A DNA stretch of 63,410 nucleotides, the filler included, from an uncultured Chlamydiae bacterium (GTDB lineage: Bacteria; Chlamydiota; Chlamydiia; Chlamydiales; SM23-39): assembly GCA_937899275.1 (NCBI GenBank). It is 7 parts of 7 records of this genome, joined end to end, with 100 filler letters (N's around TTAATTAATTAA, not from the genome) between each part and the next. Parts side by side here need not be neighbours in the genome. Positions count along the whole stretch, not along the records: positions 4,295 to 21,379 come from CALBPE010000040.1; 6 more parts are not named here. One strand, given 5' to 3'. The translations under genes and the position numbers were made by a program. Shown here one piece after another: positions 10,174 to 20,013 of the stretch. The notes below the pieces were generated by a model that searched no databases, was not told the DNA's origin, and saw only the letters and a list, made by a program, of their open reading frames with translations. Each line of letters opens with the position of its first letter. Position 1 is the stretch's first letter.

Positions 10174-12107
10174 AAACGTTTCTCCAATTCTTCTTTAGGA
10201 ATCACATATTCATGTTCTTCTCCATACACGCGGTAAATAACCGCAGCAAGAATGCCCACAAGGCTTGCGATTGCAAGCCAAAATATGTACCAAACCATTG
10301 CAAAACTAAATACAAAACTTAAAAATCCAATAATGAAGCCGCAAGCGGTATTTTTCGGCATCACAATATCTTCTAAAGGCCCTTGACTTAAGGGTTTTCC
10401 CGTCTTCTTGCTTTCCCAAAATGCATCTCTACCTTCTACTGAAGGGATCGTAGCAAAATTGTATACAGGCGGCGGAGAAGTCGTTGACCATTCTAAATTC
10501 CTTGCATCCCAAGGATCTCCTGTGGTATCTATCCGCTCTTTTCTGGTTAAAACGCTGCGAAATATCTGTAAAAACTGCAGACCTACTCCAGCAAACACAA
10601 ACCAAACCCCTATGAAGGCAATGATGAATAAAGGCTGCCAGTCAGCTACATCGTAGCGGTTTAATCTTCTTGTAGCTCCCATAAACCCCAAAAGGTAAAG
10701 CGGCATAAACGCTAACAAAAATCCAATGAGCCAACACCAAAAAGCCCGCTTTCCCAGTTTTTCATCTAGGGTAAAACCGGTAAATTTGGGAAACCAAAAG
10801 GTAAAGCCTGCAAAAAAACCGAATAACACTCCCCCGATGATCACCGTATGAAAATGCGCTACTAAAAACAAACTGTTGTGCAGCTGAAAATCAATACCGG
10901 GAAGAGCTAGCATGACGCCTGCAACCCCTCCAATAGTAAATAAAATCACAAAACCTAAAAACCAGTGCATCGGCGACGAAAACTGCACCTTTCCTCGAAA
11001 CATCGTAAACAGCCAGTTAAAGATTTTTACACCGGTAGGAATCGCTATGACCATGGTCATGATGCCAAAAAATGCATTCACTTTAGGCCCTCCTCCCATA
11101 GTAAAAAAATGGTGAAGCCAGACGATAAAAGAAAGTACTAAAATCGCAAGGATTGCCCATACCATTGAGGCGTAACCAAAAAGTCTTTTTCGGGAAAATA
11201 CCGGCACAATTTCAGAAAACATCCCAAAGGTAGGTAAGATCAAAATATAAACTTCAGGATGGCCCCAGGCCCAAAATAAATTCACATAGATCATGGGATT
11301 GCCCCCATAAGCGGCGTCAAAAAACCGGGTAGAAAACAACCGATCAGTAAAAAGAAGACCTAAGTTCGCAGTTAAAATAGGAAAAGCCACAAAAACCAGC
11401 ACTACAGTAGCAAGTACCGACCAAACAAATACAGGCATCCGCATAAGACGCATTCCTGGACAGCGCATTTTCAAAATGGTCACAAGAAAATTGATCCCTG
11501 AAAGAAGGCTGCCTATACCTGATATCTGGACGCTCCAAAGCCAGTAATCAACCCCTACTCCTGGATTGTACTTGGGCAAGGCAAGTGGAGGGTAGCAAGT
11601 CCACCCTGTCCCAGCAAACACCCCAATTACAAGAGAGACAATGATCATGAATCCGCCAGAGGCAAATAGCCAAAAGCTTAAATTATTCAAAAAAGGAAAA
11701 GCGACGTCTCTTGCGCCAATCTGCAGAGGTAAAATCAAGTTGATGATCCCAAAAATAGCGCCCATAGCAACGAAAAAAATCATCGCAGCTCCATGCGCTG
11801 TAAAGATCTGCTGGTAATGATCTTCTCCAAGGTAGCCGTGAGATGCACCGACAGCAATCGCCTGCTGCGCCCGCATCATGATGGCATCGATCAAACCTTT
11901 GATCAGCATCAAAAAGGCGACTACGATATACATGATCCCAATTTTCTTATGATCTACCGATGTGATCCAGTCCTTCCACAAAACCTTCCAAAGCTTAAAA
12001 TAGGTAATGATGACTAAGATGAATAGTCCTCCCCCCACGATCGATACGCCCGCCATGTATTCTATCCAATCGTGCTTTAACGCTTCTAATCCTAATCTAC
12101 CTAACAT
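10170..12107 (-). CDS. cyoB: Cytochrome bo3 quinol oxidase subunit I
   Basis: TSVDHKKIG, WGHPEVY, WLHH and AHFH heme-copper ligand motifs. Confidence 0.97.
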   Translation of the reverse strand: MLGRLGLEALKHDWIEYMAGVSIVGGGLFILVIITYFKLWKVLWKDWITSVDHKKIGIMYIVVAFLMLIKGLIDAIMMRAQQAIAVGASHGYLGEDHYQQIFTAHGAAMIFFVAMGAIFGIINLILPLQIGARDVAFPFLNNLSFWLFASGGFMIIVSLVIGVFAGTGWTCYPPLALPKYNPGVGVDYWLWSVQISGIGSLLSGINFLVTILKMRCPGMRLMRMPVFVWSVLATVVLVFVAFPILTANLGLLFTDRLFSTRFFDAAYGGNPMIYVNLFWAWGHPEVYILILPTFGMFSEIVPVFSRKRLFGYASMVWAILAILVLSFIVWLHHFFTMGGGPKVNAFFGIMTMVIAIPTGVKIFNWLFTMFRGKVQFSSPMHWFLGFVILFTIGGVAGVMLALPGIDFQLHNSLFLVAHFHTVIIGGVLFGFFAGFTFWFPKFTGFTLDEKLGKRAFWCWLIGFLLAFMPLYLLGFMGATRRLNRYDVADWQPLFIIAFIGVWFVFAGVGLQFLQIFRSVLTRKERIDTTGDPWDARNLEWSTTSPPPVYNFATIPSVEGRDAFWESKKTGKPLSQGPLEDIVMPKNTACGFIIGFLSFVFSFAMVWYIFWLAIASLVGILAAVIYRVYGEEHEYVIPKEELEKRL

Positions 12108-12113
12108 CTTTCC

Positions 12114-12977
12114 CTATTTTAGCTTGGGGGTTTTGTACTGATCGATGATCTTTTCAAATAAATCTTCATTTACAGTGTAATATTGTACAGGAACATATTG
12201 ACTCGGTTTTGCCAGCTCTTGATACGAAGCAAAGTCCAATAAAGATCCCTCATTTCGGACGCTTTCGCCCCAGGAGTAAAAATCTTCTTCTGAGCTGGCC
12301 CTTGCGGTAAATACCATACCAGCAAACCCTTTTCCGTTGATGTGCGCAGCTCTACCGCGAAAATCTCCTATTTCATTAGCAATTAGATGCAGTTTTGAGC
12401 GCATCCCCGACATAGCATAGATCTGTCCTCCAAGACGAGGAATCCAAAAAGAGTTCATCGGAGCGTCTCCTGTTAATGTGAAATTTACAGGGGTATTTTC
12501 TGGAAACTGTAAAAAATTAACGGTAGCAATCCCTTCTTTAGGATAGATAAAAAGCCACTTCCACTGCAGAGCTACTACCTGCACTTCTACAGGCTCTTTT
12601 GTAGAATCTAAGGGGCGAAAAGGATCGAGTTGGTGCGTTGTTTTCCAAGTGAGAATCGATAGGATCAGTATGATGAATACTGGAACGCCCCACCATAAAC
12701 ATTCTGCGATAGAGTTGTGCTCCCAATTCGGTTCATGACGTGCATCTGGATTGTTTTCTCGGTAGTGATAAGCAAAGCCTAAAGTAAAAACAAAAACGGG
12801 TATGATCACAATCAACAGCAACAAGCTGGTTGTGATAAGTAGATCTTTTTCCTGCTGCGCGATCCAACCTTTAGGATCCAACACAGGAATATCACTTCTT
12901 AAAATAATAAATATACTGCCAACAACCGAAACAAGGCAGGATAAGATAAGAGTCGCAATTTTATACTTTTTCTTCAT
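12114..12977 (-). CDS. cyoA: Cytochrome bo3 quinol oxidase subunit II
   Basis: VLDPKG, WKWLFIYP, MNSFWIPRLGGQIYAM; no CuA cysteines. Confidence 0.95.
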   Translation of the reverse strand: MKKKYKIATLILSCLVSVVGSIFIILRSDIPVLDPKGWIAQQEKDLLITTSLLLLIVIIPVFVFTLGFAYHYRENNPDARHEPNWEHNSIAECLWWGVPVFIILILSILTWKTTHQLDPFRPLDSTKEPVEVQVVALQWKWLFIYPKEGIATVNFLQFPENTPVNFTLTGDAPMNSFWIPRLGGQIYAMSGMRSKLHLIANEIGDFRGRAAHINGKGFAGMVFTARASSEEDFYSWGESVRNEGSLLDFASYQELAKPSQYVPVQYYTVNEDLFEKIIDQYKTPKLK

Positions 12978-12991
12978 TAATTTCTTTCTAA

Positions 12992-13039
12992 AAAGTTTCT
13001 ATAAATTTGTCTAGACAAAAACTAAAGTTTCTATAAAAT
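12992..13039. promoter_or_regulatory. Symmetric divergent promoter/operator region between cyoA and the GDPD gene
   Basis: Perfect 14-bp palindrome TTTGTCTAGACAAA (13006-13019) between two copies of AAAGTTTCTATAAA (12992-13005, 13024-13037). Confidence 0.5.
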
Positions 13040-13061
13040 GACGTGATATATTTTGGGTAGT

Positions 13062-13856
13062 ATGCAGTTTTTCCTTGTAATAGTTTCCATATTTGCGCTT
13101 CCTTTTTCTTCTATTTTTTCCAGCGCCATTGTCGCCCATAGGGGTGGATATGCGGCTGCTACAGAAAATACGTTAGAAGCATTTTCTAAATCGATTGCAT
13201 CTAAAGTAGACTATATAGAATTTGATGTGCAGTTCACGAAAGACTTTGTGCCTATTGTTGTCCACGACACAACAACCGAAAGATTATGGAAAGGAAAATC
13301 TCGCACCTTTTCTTCCATGACTTTAGAAGAAGTCAAGCAACTGCAACCAAAAAAGGCGCCGTTTTTCACGATTCCTACACTTGAGGAGGCCTTAGCTCTT
13401 ACTTTGGGAAAAGTAGGACTTATGATTGATATTAAAGGTGATGGCACGAAAGACTACCCAAAAATTGTGGACGTCACCTTAAAGGTCTTGCAAAAGTACC
13501 CTGTTCCTACAGTGCATAAGTACTATCTCAATAGCTCTGAGCCTGCAATCTTAGAGCAAATCATTAAGAAAGCGCCCGAACAAAAAACCTGTTTAACCAT
13601 TCAAGATCCCGCTTGTTTTTCTTACATTGAAGAATTGAGCCCAACGATTGTTTCGATCCACTTTAGTTTTCTTTCAAAAGAATTGGTTCGTAAAATGCAA
13701 AAGTCGGGCCTAGAAGTTTGGACCTGGTCTGTTGGAAGAGAAGAGCGCTTCCAAGAATGTTTAGATATAGGGGTTGATGCCGTAATGACAGGGCAGCCTG
13801 AAAAAATGCAAAAACACCTGCTTCTTGCTAGAAAACATAACGTAAAGTATCGATGA
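13062..13856 (+). CDS. glpQ: Glycerophosphodiester phosphodiesterase, probably exported
   Basis: AHRGG, ENTLEAF, EFDVQFTKD...V.HD, IPTLEE motifs; N-terminal signal peptide. Confidence 0.88.
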   Translation: MQFFLVIVSIFALPFSSIFSSAIVAHRGGYAAATENTLEAFSKSIASKVDYIEFDVQFTKDFVPIVVHDTTTERLWKGKSRTFSSMTLEEVKQLQPKKAPFFTIPTLEEALALTLGKVGLMIDIKGDGTKDYPKIVDVTLKVLQKYPVPTVHKYYLNSSEPAILEQIIKKAPEQKTCLTIQDPACFSYIEELSPTIVSIHFSFLSKELVRKMQKSGLEVWTWSVGREERFQECLDIGVDAVMTGQPEKMQKHLLLARKHNVKYR

Positions 13857-14155
13857 CAATTTCAAACCTATTTGCCCCTGACTTCAGAGAAGCATCTATG
13901 GAGAGCCCTTTAACACCATCAAATGCTACTACATCAAATACTGGCGCCGAAGAAAGAGTAGCAAGGGCCGCTCAAGATAGAATAGCAAACCTAGAAAGGC
14001 AAGTAACTCGTCTACAAAACCAAAATGGGGCTCTACAACATCGGATCACCCGCTTGCAGCCTTCTGCGCAGGTAGCATGTTTAATGAATCTACTTTGCTT
14101 TGTTGGCGGCGCCTTTTTCTTGGTTTCTATAGAGATCTTGTTTTTTAATTTTTAG
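13853..14155 (+). CDS. Small coiled-coil protein with C-terminal TM anchor
   Basis: S/T-rich N-terminus, heptad IANLERQVTRLQNQNGALQHRI, terminal hydrophobic helix; ATGA overlap with the upstream gene. Confidence 0.6.
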   Translation: MTISNLFAPDFREASMESPLTPSNATTSNTGAEERVARAAQDRIANLERQVTRLQNQNGALQHRITRLQPSAQVACLMNLLCFVGGAFFLVSIEILFFNF

Positions 14156-14161
14156 CTACAG

Positions 14162-15472
14162 TTAAAGTAGGTCAGCCGCTATTTGCGCAAGTTCTGATCT
14201 TTCTGTTTTTTCTAACAGGATATGTCCAAAAATCTTTTGATTGCGAAATTTCGATACCGCATACGTCAGCCCATTTGAGTCTTTATCAAGATACGGATTA
14301 TCAATTTGCGAGGGATCTCCAGTTAAAATCACTTTGGTACCATGACCTGCTCTTGAAATCACGGTTTTGATTTCATGAGGCGTCATATTTTGCGCCTCAT
14401 CGATGATCATAAAGAGCTTGGGAAGCGTCCTTCCTCGGATGTAGGTGACCGCTTCCATCTCAATTTTTTTGCTCTCCATAATAAAATCTAAAGATGCGTC
14501 TCCGTTACCCACGCCGCTAGTCAGCTCTGTTAGGTACTCCAAGTTGTCATAAATTGGCTGCATCCAGTGATAGAGCTTTTCTTCTTTTGTGCCGGGTAAA
14601 TACCCGATATCTTTACCCAAAGGAACAATAGGTCTAGAAACTAAAATACGGTTATATACACCTTCATGAAACACTTTATGCATACCGCAAGCAAGAGCAA
14701 GTAGCGTTTTACCTGTCCCCGCTTGTCCAATCAAAGAAACCAGCTTGATGTCATCGCGAAGAAGAAGATCCATAGCGCATTTTTGCTCCATATTTAATGG
14801 ACGAATACCCAATACATCTTTATGCACCTCAACTAAAGGCTCTAATTTTTTTGTGCCTATATTGAATTTACAAACAGCAGAAGATCTCTCTTGAGAAGTA
14901 AGGAGGCAGTAATCATTTTGCTTAAATCCCGCAGCTACCAAAGGAGGCGTTCCATCTTGGAAAAATTGATCAATTTCCCTTTTTGTTACTTCAAATTTTT
15001 GGATTCCTTTAGACATAGATGCGTAGGAGACTTTGAGGTTTTCGTAATCTACCGCTTCGATATTCATTGCTTCTGCTTTGACTCTAGAAACAAAGTCTTT
15101 TGAAACAAATACGATTTTTTCTCCCCGATCTTTCAAAAGATGCGCCATGAGTAAAATCCGGTTGCTACTGCGATCTAAAGGAAGAGGAAAATCACGAATT
15201 TTTTCTTTTTTGATCTCTAAATGTATGCGTACATTAGGTCCCTCAGGGATTTTTACACCTGTAGAAAAATCGCCTTCTTTAACCCCTTTAATTGAATCGA
15301 TATAGCGCATGACCATTCTTGCATTATTCCCGAGTTCTGAAGACGCTTTTTTCAAGTTATCTAGCTCTTCTAATACAATGAGCGGGATAATCACATCATT
15401 TGCATCAAAGCTTTTGATCGCATGGGGATCGTGTAAAAGAACGTTGGTATCTAAGATGAAGGTTTTTTTCAT
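14162..15472 (-). CDS. phoH: PhoH2 family PIN-domain plus PhoH ATPase (CT015-like)
   Basis: LDTNVLLHDP, GQAGTGKT, YIRGRT, DEAQN, GDPSQID. Confidence 0.93.
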   Translation of the reverse strand: MKKTFILDTNVLLHDPHAIKSFDANDVIIPLIVLEELDNLKKASSELGNNARMVMRYIDSIKGVKEGDFSTGVKIPEGPNVRIHLEIKKEKIRDFPLPLDRSSNRILLMAHLLKDRGEKIVFVSKDFVSRVKAEAMNIEAVDYENLKVSYASMSKGIQKFEVTKREIDQFFQDGTPPLVAAGFKQNDYCLLTSQERSSAVCKFNIGTKKLEPLVEVHKDVLGIRPLNMEQKCAMDLLLRDDIKLVSLIGQAGTGKTLLALACGMHKVFHEGVYNRILVSRPIVPLGKDIGYLPGTKEEKLYHWMQPIYDNLEYLTELTSGVGNGDASLDFIMESKKIEMEAVTYIRGRTLPKLFMIIDEAQNMTPHEIKTVISRAGHGTKVILTGDPSQIDNPYLDKDSNGLTYAVSKFRNQKIFGHILLEKTERSELAQIAADLL

Positions 15473-15676
15473 AATTCTATCCTGTACTTTAGCGTTAGGC
15501 GGTAGCTTCTTATAGAAGGCCCTAACACTTTACATACTCTACTATTTTCTATATTTACAAGGCTAATTTCCAGGATTTTTCCAAAGAAATCTCAGTAAAA
15601 ATAAATTTTTATAGCGTTCATAATAAGATGGTTATAAAAAAAATCAGCAATTCCAAAAAGAGTCTGCTAAAAAATA

Positions 15677-15705
15677 TTGACAAAAGATTTGTCTAATGCT
15701 ATAAT
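15677..15705 (+). promoter_or_regulatory. Consensus sigma66/sigma70 promoter
   Basis: TTGACA-N17-TATAAT, 30 bp before ATG 15735. Confidence 0.8.
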
Positions 15706-15734
15706 AAAATGAGAAAAAAGTAGAAGAGGCATTT

Positions 15735-16400
15735 ATGGAAATCAGCAAAAAGATTTTAAGCATACCTCCTTACCTATCCACAAATTGGGATCATATACAA
15801 TCTTTATGGGTGCAAGGGCGTGAAAACAACTCCCCTGTTCTTGTCATTGAATTAAAACAAGGCCAAACCATTCAGATTCCTAACCTGAGCTCTGAAACCA
15901 TAGAAGAAATTTTCTCGTTTCACACGAAATCGCTAGAAAAAGAGCCCCCATCTCCTTTTGCTGGACCTTCCTTTCGCTTGGGAAGTATTGGTATTGGATC
16001 GTTAGATCAATTAGGCTCTTCTATGCAACATAACCCCGATCAAATGCATGCAGCAGATATTCCAAAAGAATTTCTAGAAAAGTTAGGCGCTATTGCAAAA
16101 GCGCTTGGCATGGATAAACCAGAATCTCTCCCCAAACCAGAGCCGCATTGCAACTGCCCTCATTGCCAAGTGGCAAGATCTTTACAAGGACAGATCTTAG
16201 GAAATGTCGATGAAGAAGAAGTTTCAGACGAGGATTTGACCTTTCGCACATGGGACGTAGAGCAGACGGGAGATCAACTCTACACAGTGACTAATCCATT
16301 AGATAAAATGGAAAAATACAACGTCTTTTTAGGCACTCCTATCGGATGTACCTGTGGGCAAAAAAACTGTGAACACATCAAAGCGGTTTTAGATAGCTAA
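15735..16400 (+). CDS. Conserved chlamydial protein (CT016-like) with Cys/His metal-binding motifs
   Basis: ILSIPPYLST.W, PEPHCNCPHCQ and GCTCG..NCEHIKAVL; synteny with phoH and the SH3 gene. Confidence 0.85.
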   Translation: MEISKKILSIPPYLSTNWDHIQSLWVQGRENNSPVLVIELKQGQTIQIPNLSSETIEEIFSFHTKSLEKEPPSPFAGPSFRLGSIGIGSLDQLGSSMQHNPDQMHAADIPKEFLEKLGAIAKALGMDKPESLPKPEPHCNCPHCQVARSLQGQILGNVDEEEVSDEDLTFRTWDVEQTGDQLYTVTNPLDKMEKYNVFLGTPIGCTCGQKNCEHIKAVLDS

Positions 16401-16567
16401 ACGCCCTCATATAACCTACAAGCTACAAAAGTAAGCGCCCTATCTGGATGCACATTTTAGTAGCTTGTAGAAATCTTTATCTCACCCGCCTCAATTTCAT
16501 CTTGCATTTTTTTATCCAATTGACAACCATATTTTTAGACGATAAATTTAACGTATAGGACGCTGCT

Positions 16568-17797
16568 TTGAAAATCTCTTTATTTATGCTCATCGGATGC
16601 TTTTCTACTTTATTTGCAAACAGTTCTGATTTTCAAAAATTTACAGGTAGAGTCATTGGAAATAAAGTGCGCGTGCGTTTAGGAGCAGATTTCAACAGCG
16701 GCATTGTACAAAAAGTCAATAAAGATGACCTTGTTCTCGTTGTAGGAGAAAAAGAAAACTTCTGGGCAATTCGCCCTTTTGAACTCACCAAGGTATACGT
16801 ATATAGAACCTATATATTAGATGGGATTGTAGAAGCAAGTAGAGTAAATATCCGTTTAAAACCCCAATTAGATGCTCCGATTTTAGGCGTATTACAAATG
16901 GGTGAAAGAGTCCACGGCGCTATTGATGAAAACAATCCAAAATGGTACGCAATCACCCCGCCAAAACAAGTCACTTTTTATATCGACAAAAAGTATGTAG
17001 AGCTCATTGGTAAATCTGAGATTTTTGCTCCTCTTTGCAAGCAAAAAAAAGAAGCGGAAAACGTACTCAAAACCGCCTGCATGGTGGTAGATGAAGCGGT
17101 AAAAAAAGAAATCGATGCAATCGATCCAGGCCCGATTATTGAAACGCTTTCCTCGTTTATAAAAACGTATAGCTCTTTTCCGAAGCTTGTACAAACCGCT
17201 AGTGATACATTAGACCTATTTAAAGAGCAGTATACGAAAAAAAAGATCGAACAAGCTTGGAAAAATAAAGCCCACTCAGAAAATAGTAAAGAACCCATCT
17301 TCGCCTCTGTAGAAGAACAAGAAAAACACCAGAATCCTACAGTAGAAGAAACTCTGCCGAGTCCAAAGGTAGCGAGCCCAGTAGAGATCTACTCTATATC
17401 CTCTACCGAATCAAACCAAGATGCACCTGCCTCTTTCCCAGTAATAAATCAGGAGACATCCTCAAGGGAAAATCACCTAGCCTACTGGCAAAAAGTAGAA
17501 GAAGCAAGATATGAAAAATGGAAAAAACACCATGCATACCTTGCGAAAAAAGACTACTATGAAAAGCAAAAGTTAGATGGTTTTCAACTAGAGGGATTTA
17601 TCGAAAAACATGAGATAAGCGGTCCTAATAAACCAGGTGATTTTCTATTACGATCGAAAAACCAGCCTGTAGGCTATCTGTACAGCGCAGATATTGACCT
17701 CTCTTTTTACGAAGGTAGATCGGTAAAAATCATCGCATCAGAAAGACCCAATTATCATTTTGCGTTTCCCGCGTATTATGTATTAGAAATTGAGTAG
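16568..17797 (+). CDS. Secreted tandem SH3b protein (CT017/Ctad1-like)
   Basis: Signal peptide, FTGRVIGNKVRVR and RVNIRL SH3b starts, C-terminal RPNYHFAFPAYYVL. Confidence 0.85.
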   Translation: MKISLFMLIGCFSTLFANSSDFQKFTGRVIGNKVRVRLGADFNSGIVQKVNKDDLVLVVGEKENFWAIRPFELTKVYVYRTYILDGIVEASRVNIRLKPQLDAPILGVLQMGERVHGAIDENNPKWYAITPPKQVTFYIDKKYVELIGKSEIFAPLCKQKKEAENVLKTACMVVDEAVKKEIDAIDPGPIIETLSSFIKTYSSFPKLVQTASDTLDLFKEQYTKKKIEQAWKNKAHSENSKEPIFASVEEQEKHQNPTVEETLPSPKVASPVEIYSISSTESNQDAPASFPVINQETSSRENHLAYWQKVEEARYEKWKKHHAYLAKKDYYEKQKLDGFQLEGFIEKHEISGPNKPGDFLLRSKNQPVGYLYSADIDLSFYEGRSVKIIASERPNYHFAFPAYYVLEIE

Positions 17798-17799
17798 GA

Positions 17800-18960
17800 C
17801 TAGCTTTTAGAAGAAAACTCTGCTGGTTGGATCTGTTTTGCTGTTTTTTCTATATAAGGAATCTCCCCTATTTCCTTATCAGAAACGCTATTTTTAAGCC
17901 GCTTTGCTGCTGGAAACACCCTGCTTTTTAGAGAGGCTGTCGCTTGATCATAAGCATTAACCGATTGACTATGAGACCTTCCCACTTTATTCCATTGCTC
18001 AATCATCGTCAGTATTCTGTCGTAGAGCTCTTTACCTAAATGCGCAATTTTCTCGGACTCTTTGGATAAATTTTCCTGGCGCCATCCCAAAGAAGCAGCT
18101 TTTAAAATAGCGATGAGCGTTGTGGGAGTAGCTACAATTACATTGCGATCAATACCCGTTTCGATAATTGATGGATCGCAGCGCAAAGCTGCACTGAAAA
18201 ATGCTTCTGCTGGTAAAAATAAAATCACGTATTCAGGAGAAGAGGAAAACTGCTTCCAATACTCTTTTGCGCTTAAGCTTTTGATATGACGTTTGATCTG
18301 TTCTGTATGCTCAAGAAGATACCGTTTTTTTTCCTCTTCATTTTCTGTATTCGATGCATGGAGATACGCTTCTAAAGACACTTTCGCATCGACAACAATT
18401 TCTCTTTTGCCAGGTAATTTAACGACAAGATCAGGCCGGTAAATTTTGCCTTCTTTACGCACATCTACCTGTTCAAAAAAATCGCACTGATCGCGCATAC
18501 CCGATAATTCCACTACTCTTCGCAGGTGAACCTGCCCCCATGAACCGCGAATCGTTGGTGATTTAAGCGCTCCTGCTAGGTTGGCAGCTTCCATACGAAG
18601 CTCTTTTTCTGAGCGTATAAGCTGCTCAATTTGTTTTTCCAAGGATCCATAGGCCCCTTCTCTTTTACGTTCAATATCACGGTTTTGCGCATCTAAACGA
18701 AGAAGAAGCTCTTTCATCGGATCAATCAGATGGTGATACTCTTTTTTTTGCTCTTCTATATCGATTTCGGTTTCGGTCTTTTGCTTTTCCAATACTTGAG
18801 CCGCTAACTGCAAAAAGTCTTTTTGCGCTTTCTCTAATGCAGCAGCTGATAGCCCTTGAAACTCTTCGCGAAGAGCCATTTTTTGATACCGCAAATAAAA
18901 AAAGCAAACCCCGATCAAAGTCATAATCAAAAGAACTACAAAAACTAGCATGCCCACCAT
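17800..18960 (-). CDS. rmuC: DNA recombination protein RmuC
   Basis: RGSWG..LRRVVELSG, RPD.VV.LP, DAKV, ATPTTL. Confidence 0.93.
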   Translation of the reverse strand: MVGMLVFVVLLIMTLIGVCFFYLRYQKMALREEFQGLSAAALEKAQKDFLQLAAQVLEKQKTETEIDIEEQKKEYHHLIDPMKELLLRLDAQNRDIERKREGAYGSLEKQIEQLIRSEKELRMEAANLAGALKSPTIRGSWGQVHLRRVVELSGMRDQCDFFEQVDVRKEGKIYRPDLVVKLPGKREIVVDAKVSLEAYLHASNTENEEEKKRYLLEHTEQIKRHIKSLSAKEYWKQFSSSPEYVILFLPAEAFFSAALRCDPSIIETGIDRNVIVATPTTLIAILKAASLGWRQENLSKESEKIAHLGKELYDRILTMIEQWNKVGRSHSQSVNAYDQATASLKSRVFPAAKRLKNSVSDKEIGEIPYIEKTAKQIQPAEFSSKS

Positions 18961-18961
18961 T

Positions 18962-19783
18962 TTAACTACTCCCTCGAAACCGATCATCTGGCTCAAACCC
19001 CTTCAGACTTTTCGCAGTTTTCCCCATCAAAATCCGTATGCAAGAAAGCGTTGCTGCCGTCAAAATATAGCTCCATGCCAAAAGAGCAAAGAGCAAAGAA
19101 AAGTAATGCATCGCCATGTATAGAACAAAAACAGCAAGAACGGCTATTCCCACAATCATCGAAAAAGAAGGTATGGGAAAACGCAAAAATTTCGCACTGG
19201 GAAATTTCCAGCGGCTAACCATCAAATACCCTAGAAACACGAGTAAACCAGCTACGATATACGCACGGATCTGATCATCGATGAGATTGATGTTCTGTAT
19301 TTCTGGTGAAAGAAAAAGTAGACTTACAGAAACGCTGCCTGCAGCAGCTGCGGTAATAGGAAGACCGGTAAAATGGCTACGCCTCGATGTTTTTGCAGCA
19401 TGTACTGTACTAAAACGGACAAGGCGCAAAATGCCGCATAAGGAGTAGATCATAGCGCTTGCTGCAGCAAAAAACGAAAGAAGACTACCCGGTTCTAAAG
19501 CAAGCCCTTTTAAAAACAAGACAGAAGGCGCCACACCAAAAGAAACCGCATCAGCAAGTGAATCAAACATAAAACCAAAAGTACTTTCAGCAGAAATGGC
19601 TCTAGCAAGCGCTCCATCGATAAAATCGGCAAGAGCAGCTACAAGTAAAATCAACGCAACTTGAAACATCGTCTCATAATCACCAGGGCTACTTGACATC
19701 ATGCTCATCTTAAAGATTGCATACAGTCCACAAGAAAGGCCAAACGCTGTAATGATGTTGGGAATAAACTGCATTCTTTTCAT
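18962..19783 (-). CDS. pssA: CDP-diacylglycerol--serine O-phosphatidyltransferase
   Basis: PNIIT, DGALAR...S.FG..FDSLAD.VSFGVAP, RLVRF, FTGLP. Start moved to ATG 19783. Confidence 0.9.
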   Translation of the reverse strand: MKRMQFIPNIITAFGLSCGLYAIFKMSMMSSSPGDYETMFQVALILLVAALADFIDGALARAISAESTFGFMFDSLADAVSFGVAPSVLFLKGLALEPGSLLSFFAAASAMIYSLCGILRLVRFSTVHAAKTSRRSHFTGLPITAAAAGSVSVSLLFLSPEIQNINLIDDQIRAYIVAGLLVFLGYLMVSRWKFPSAKFLRFPIPSFSMIVGIAVLAVFVLYMAMHYFSLLFALLAWSYILTAATLSCIRILMGKTAKSLKGFEPDDRFRGSS

Positions 19784-19901
19784 ATCTTGATGATACCATA
19801 AACAGAAAAAAAGCGCCGCGTATCTACAATTTTTCCGTAAAATTTTAAGGCTAAGAGAGAAGATTTTTTTCTTCTGTTTTTTCTGGACGAGAAAATAAGA
19901 A

Positions 19902-19949
19902 CTACAATATATAGTGTATATAAAAAGTGAAAAGCACAACATGTGGTAT
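19902..19949 (+). promoter_or_regulatory. Tandem NrdR boxes upstream of nrdA
   Basis: CTACAATATATAGTGT (19902-19917) and GCACAACATGTGGTAT (19934-19949) fit acaCwAtATaTwGtgt and start 32 bp apart. Confidence 0.85.
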
Positions 19950-20013
19950 ATTCTCAGGAAAATCTCTCCTGAGAAAAGTTACCGTAAAACATTGAAGAGA
20001 AACAGGATAGTTC

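Noticed and set aside
16416..16470. 11-bp inverted repeat between the CT016-like and CT017-like genes as a possible sRNA
   Set aside because: Single occurrence, long loop, no supporting promoter or U-tract; cannot be supported.
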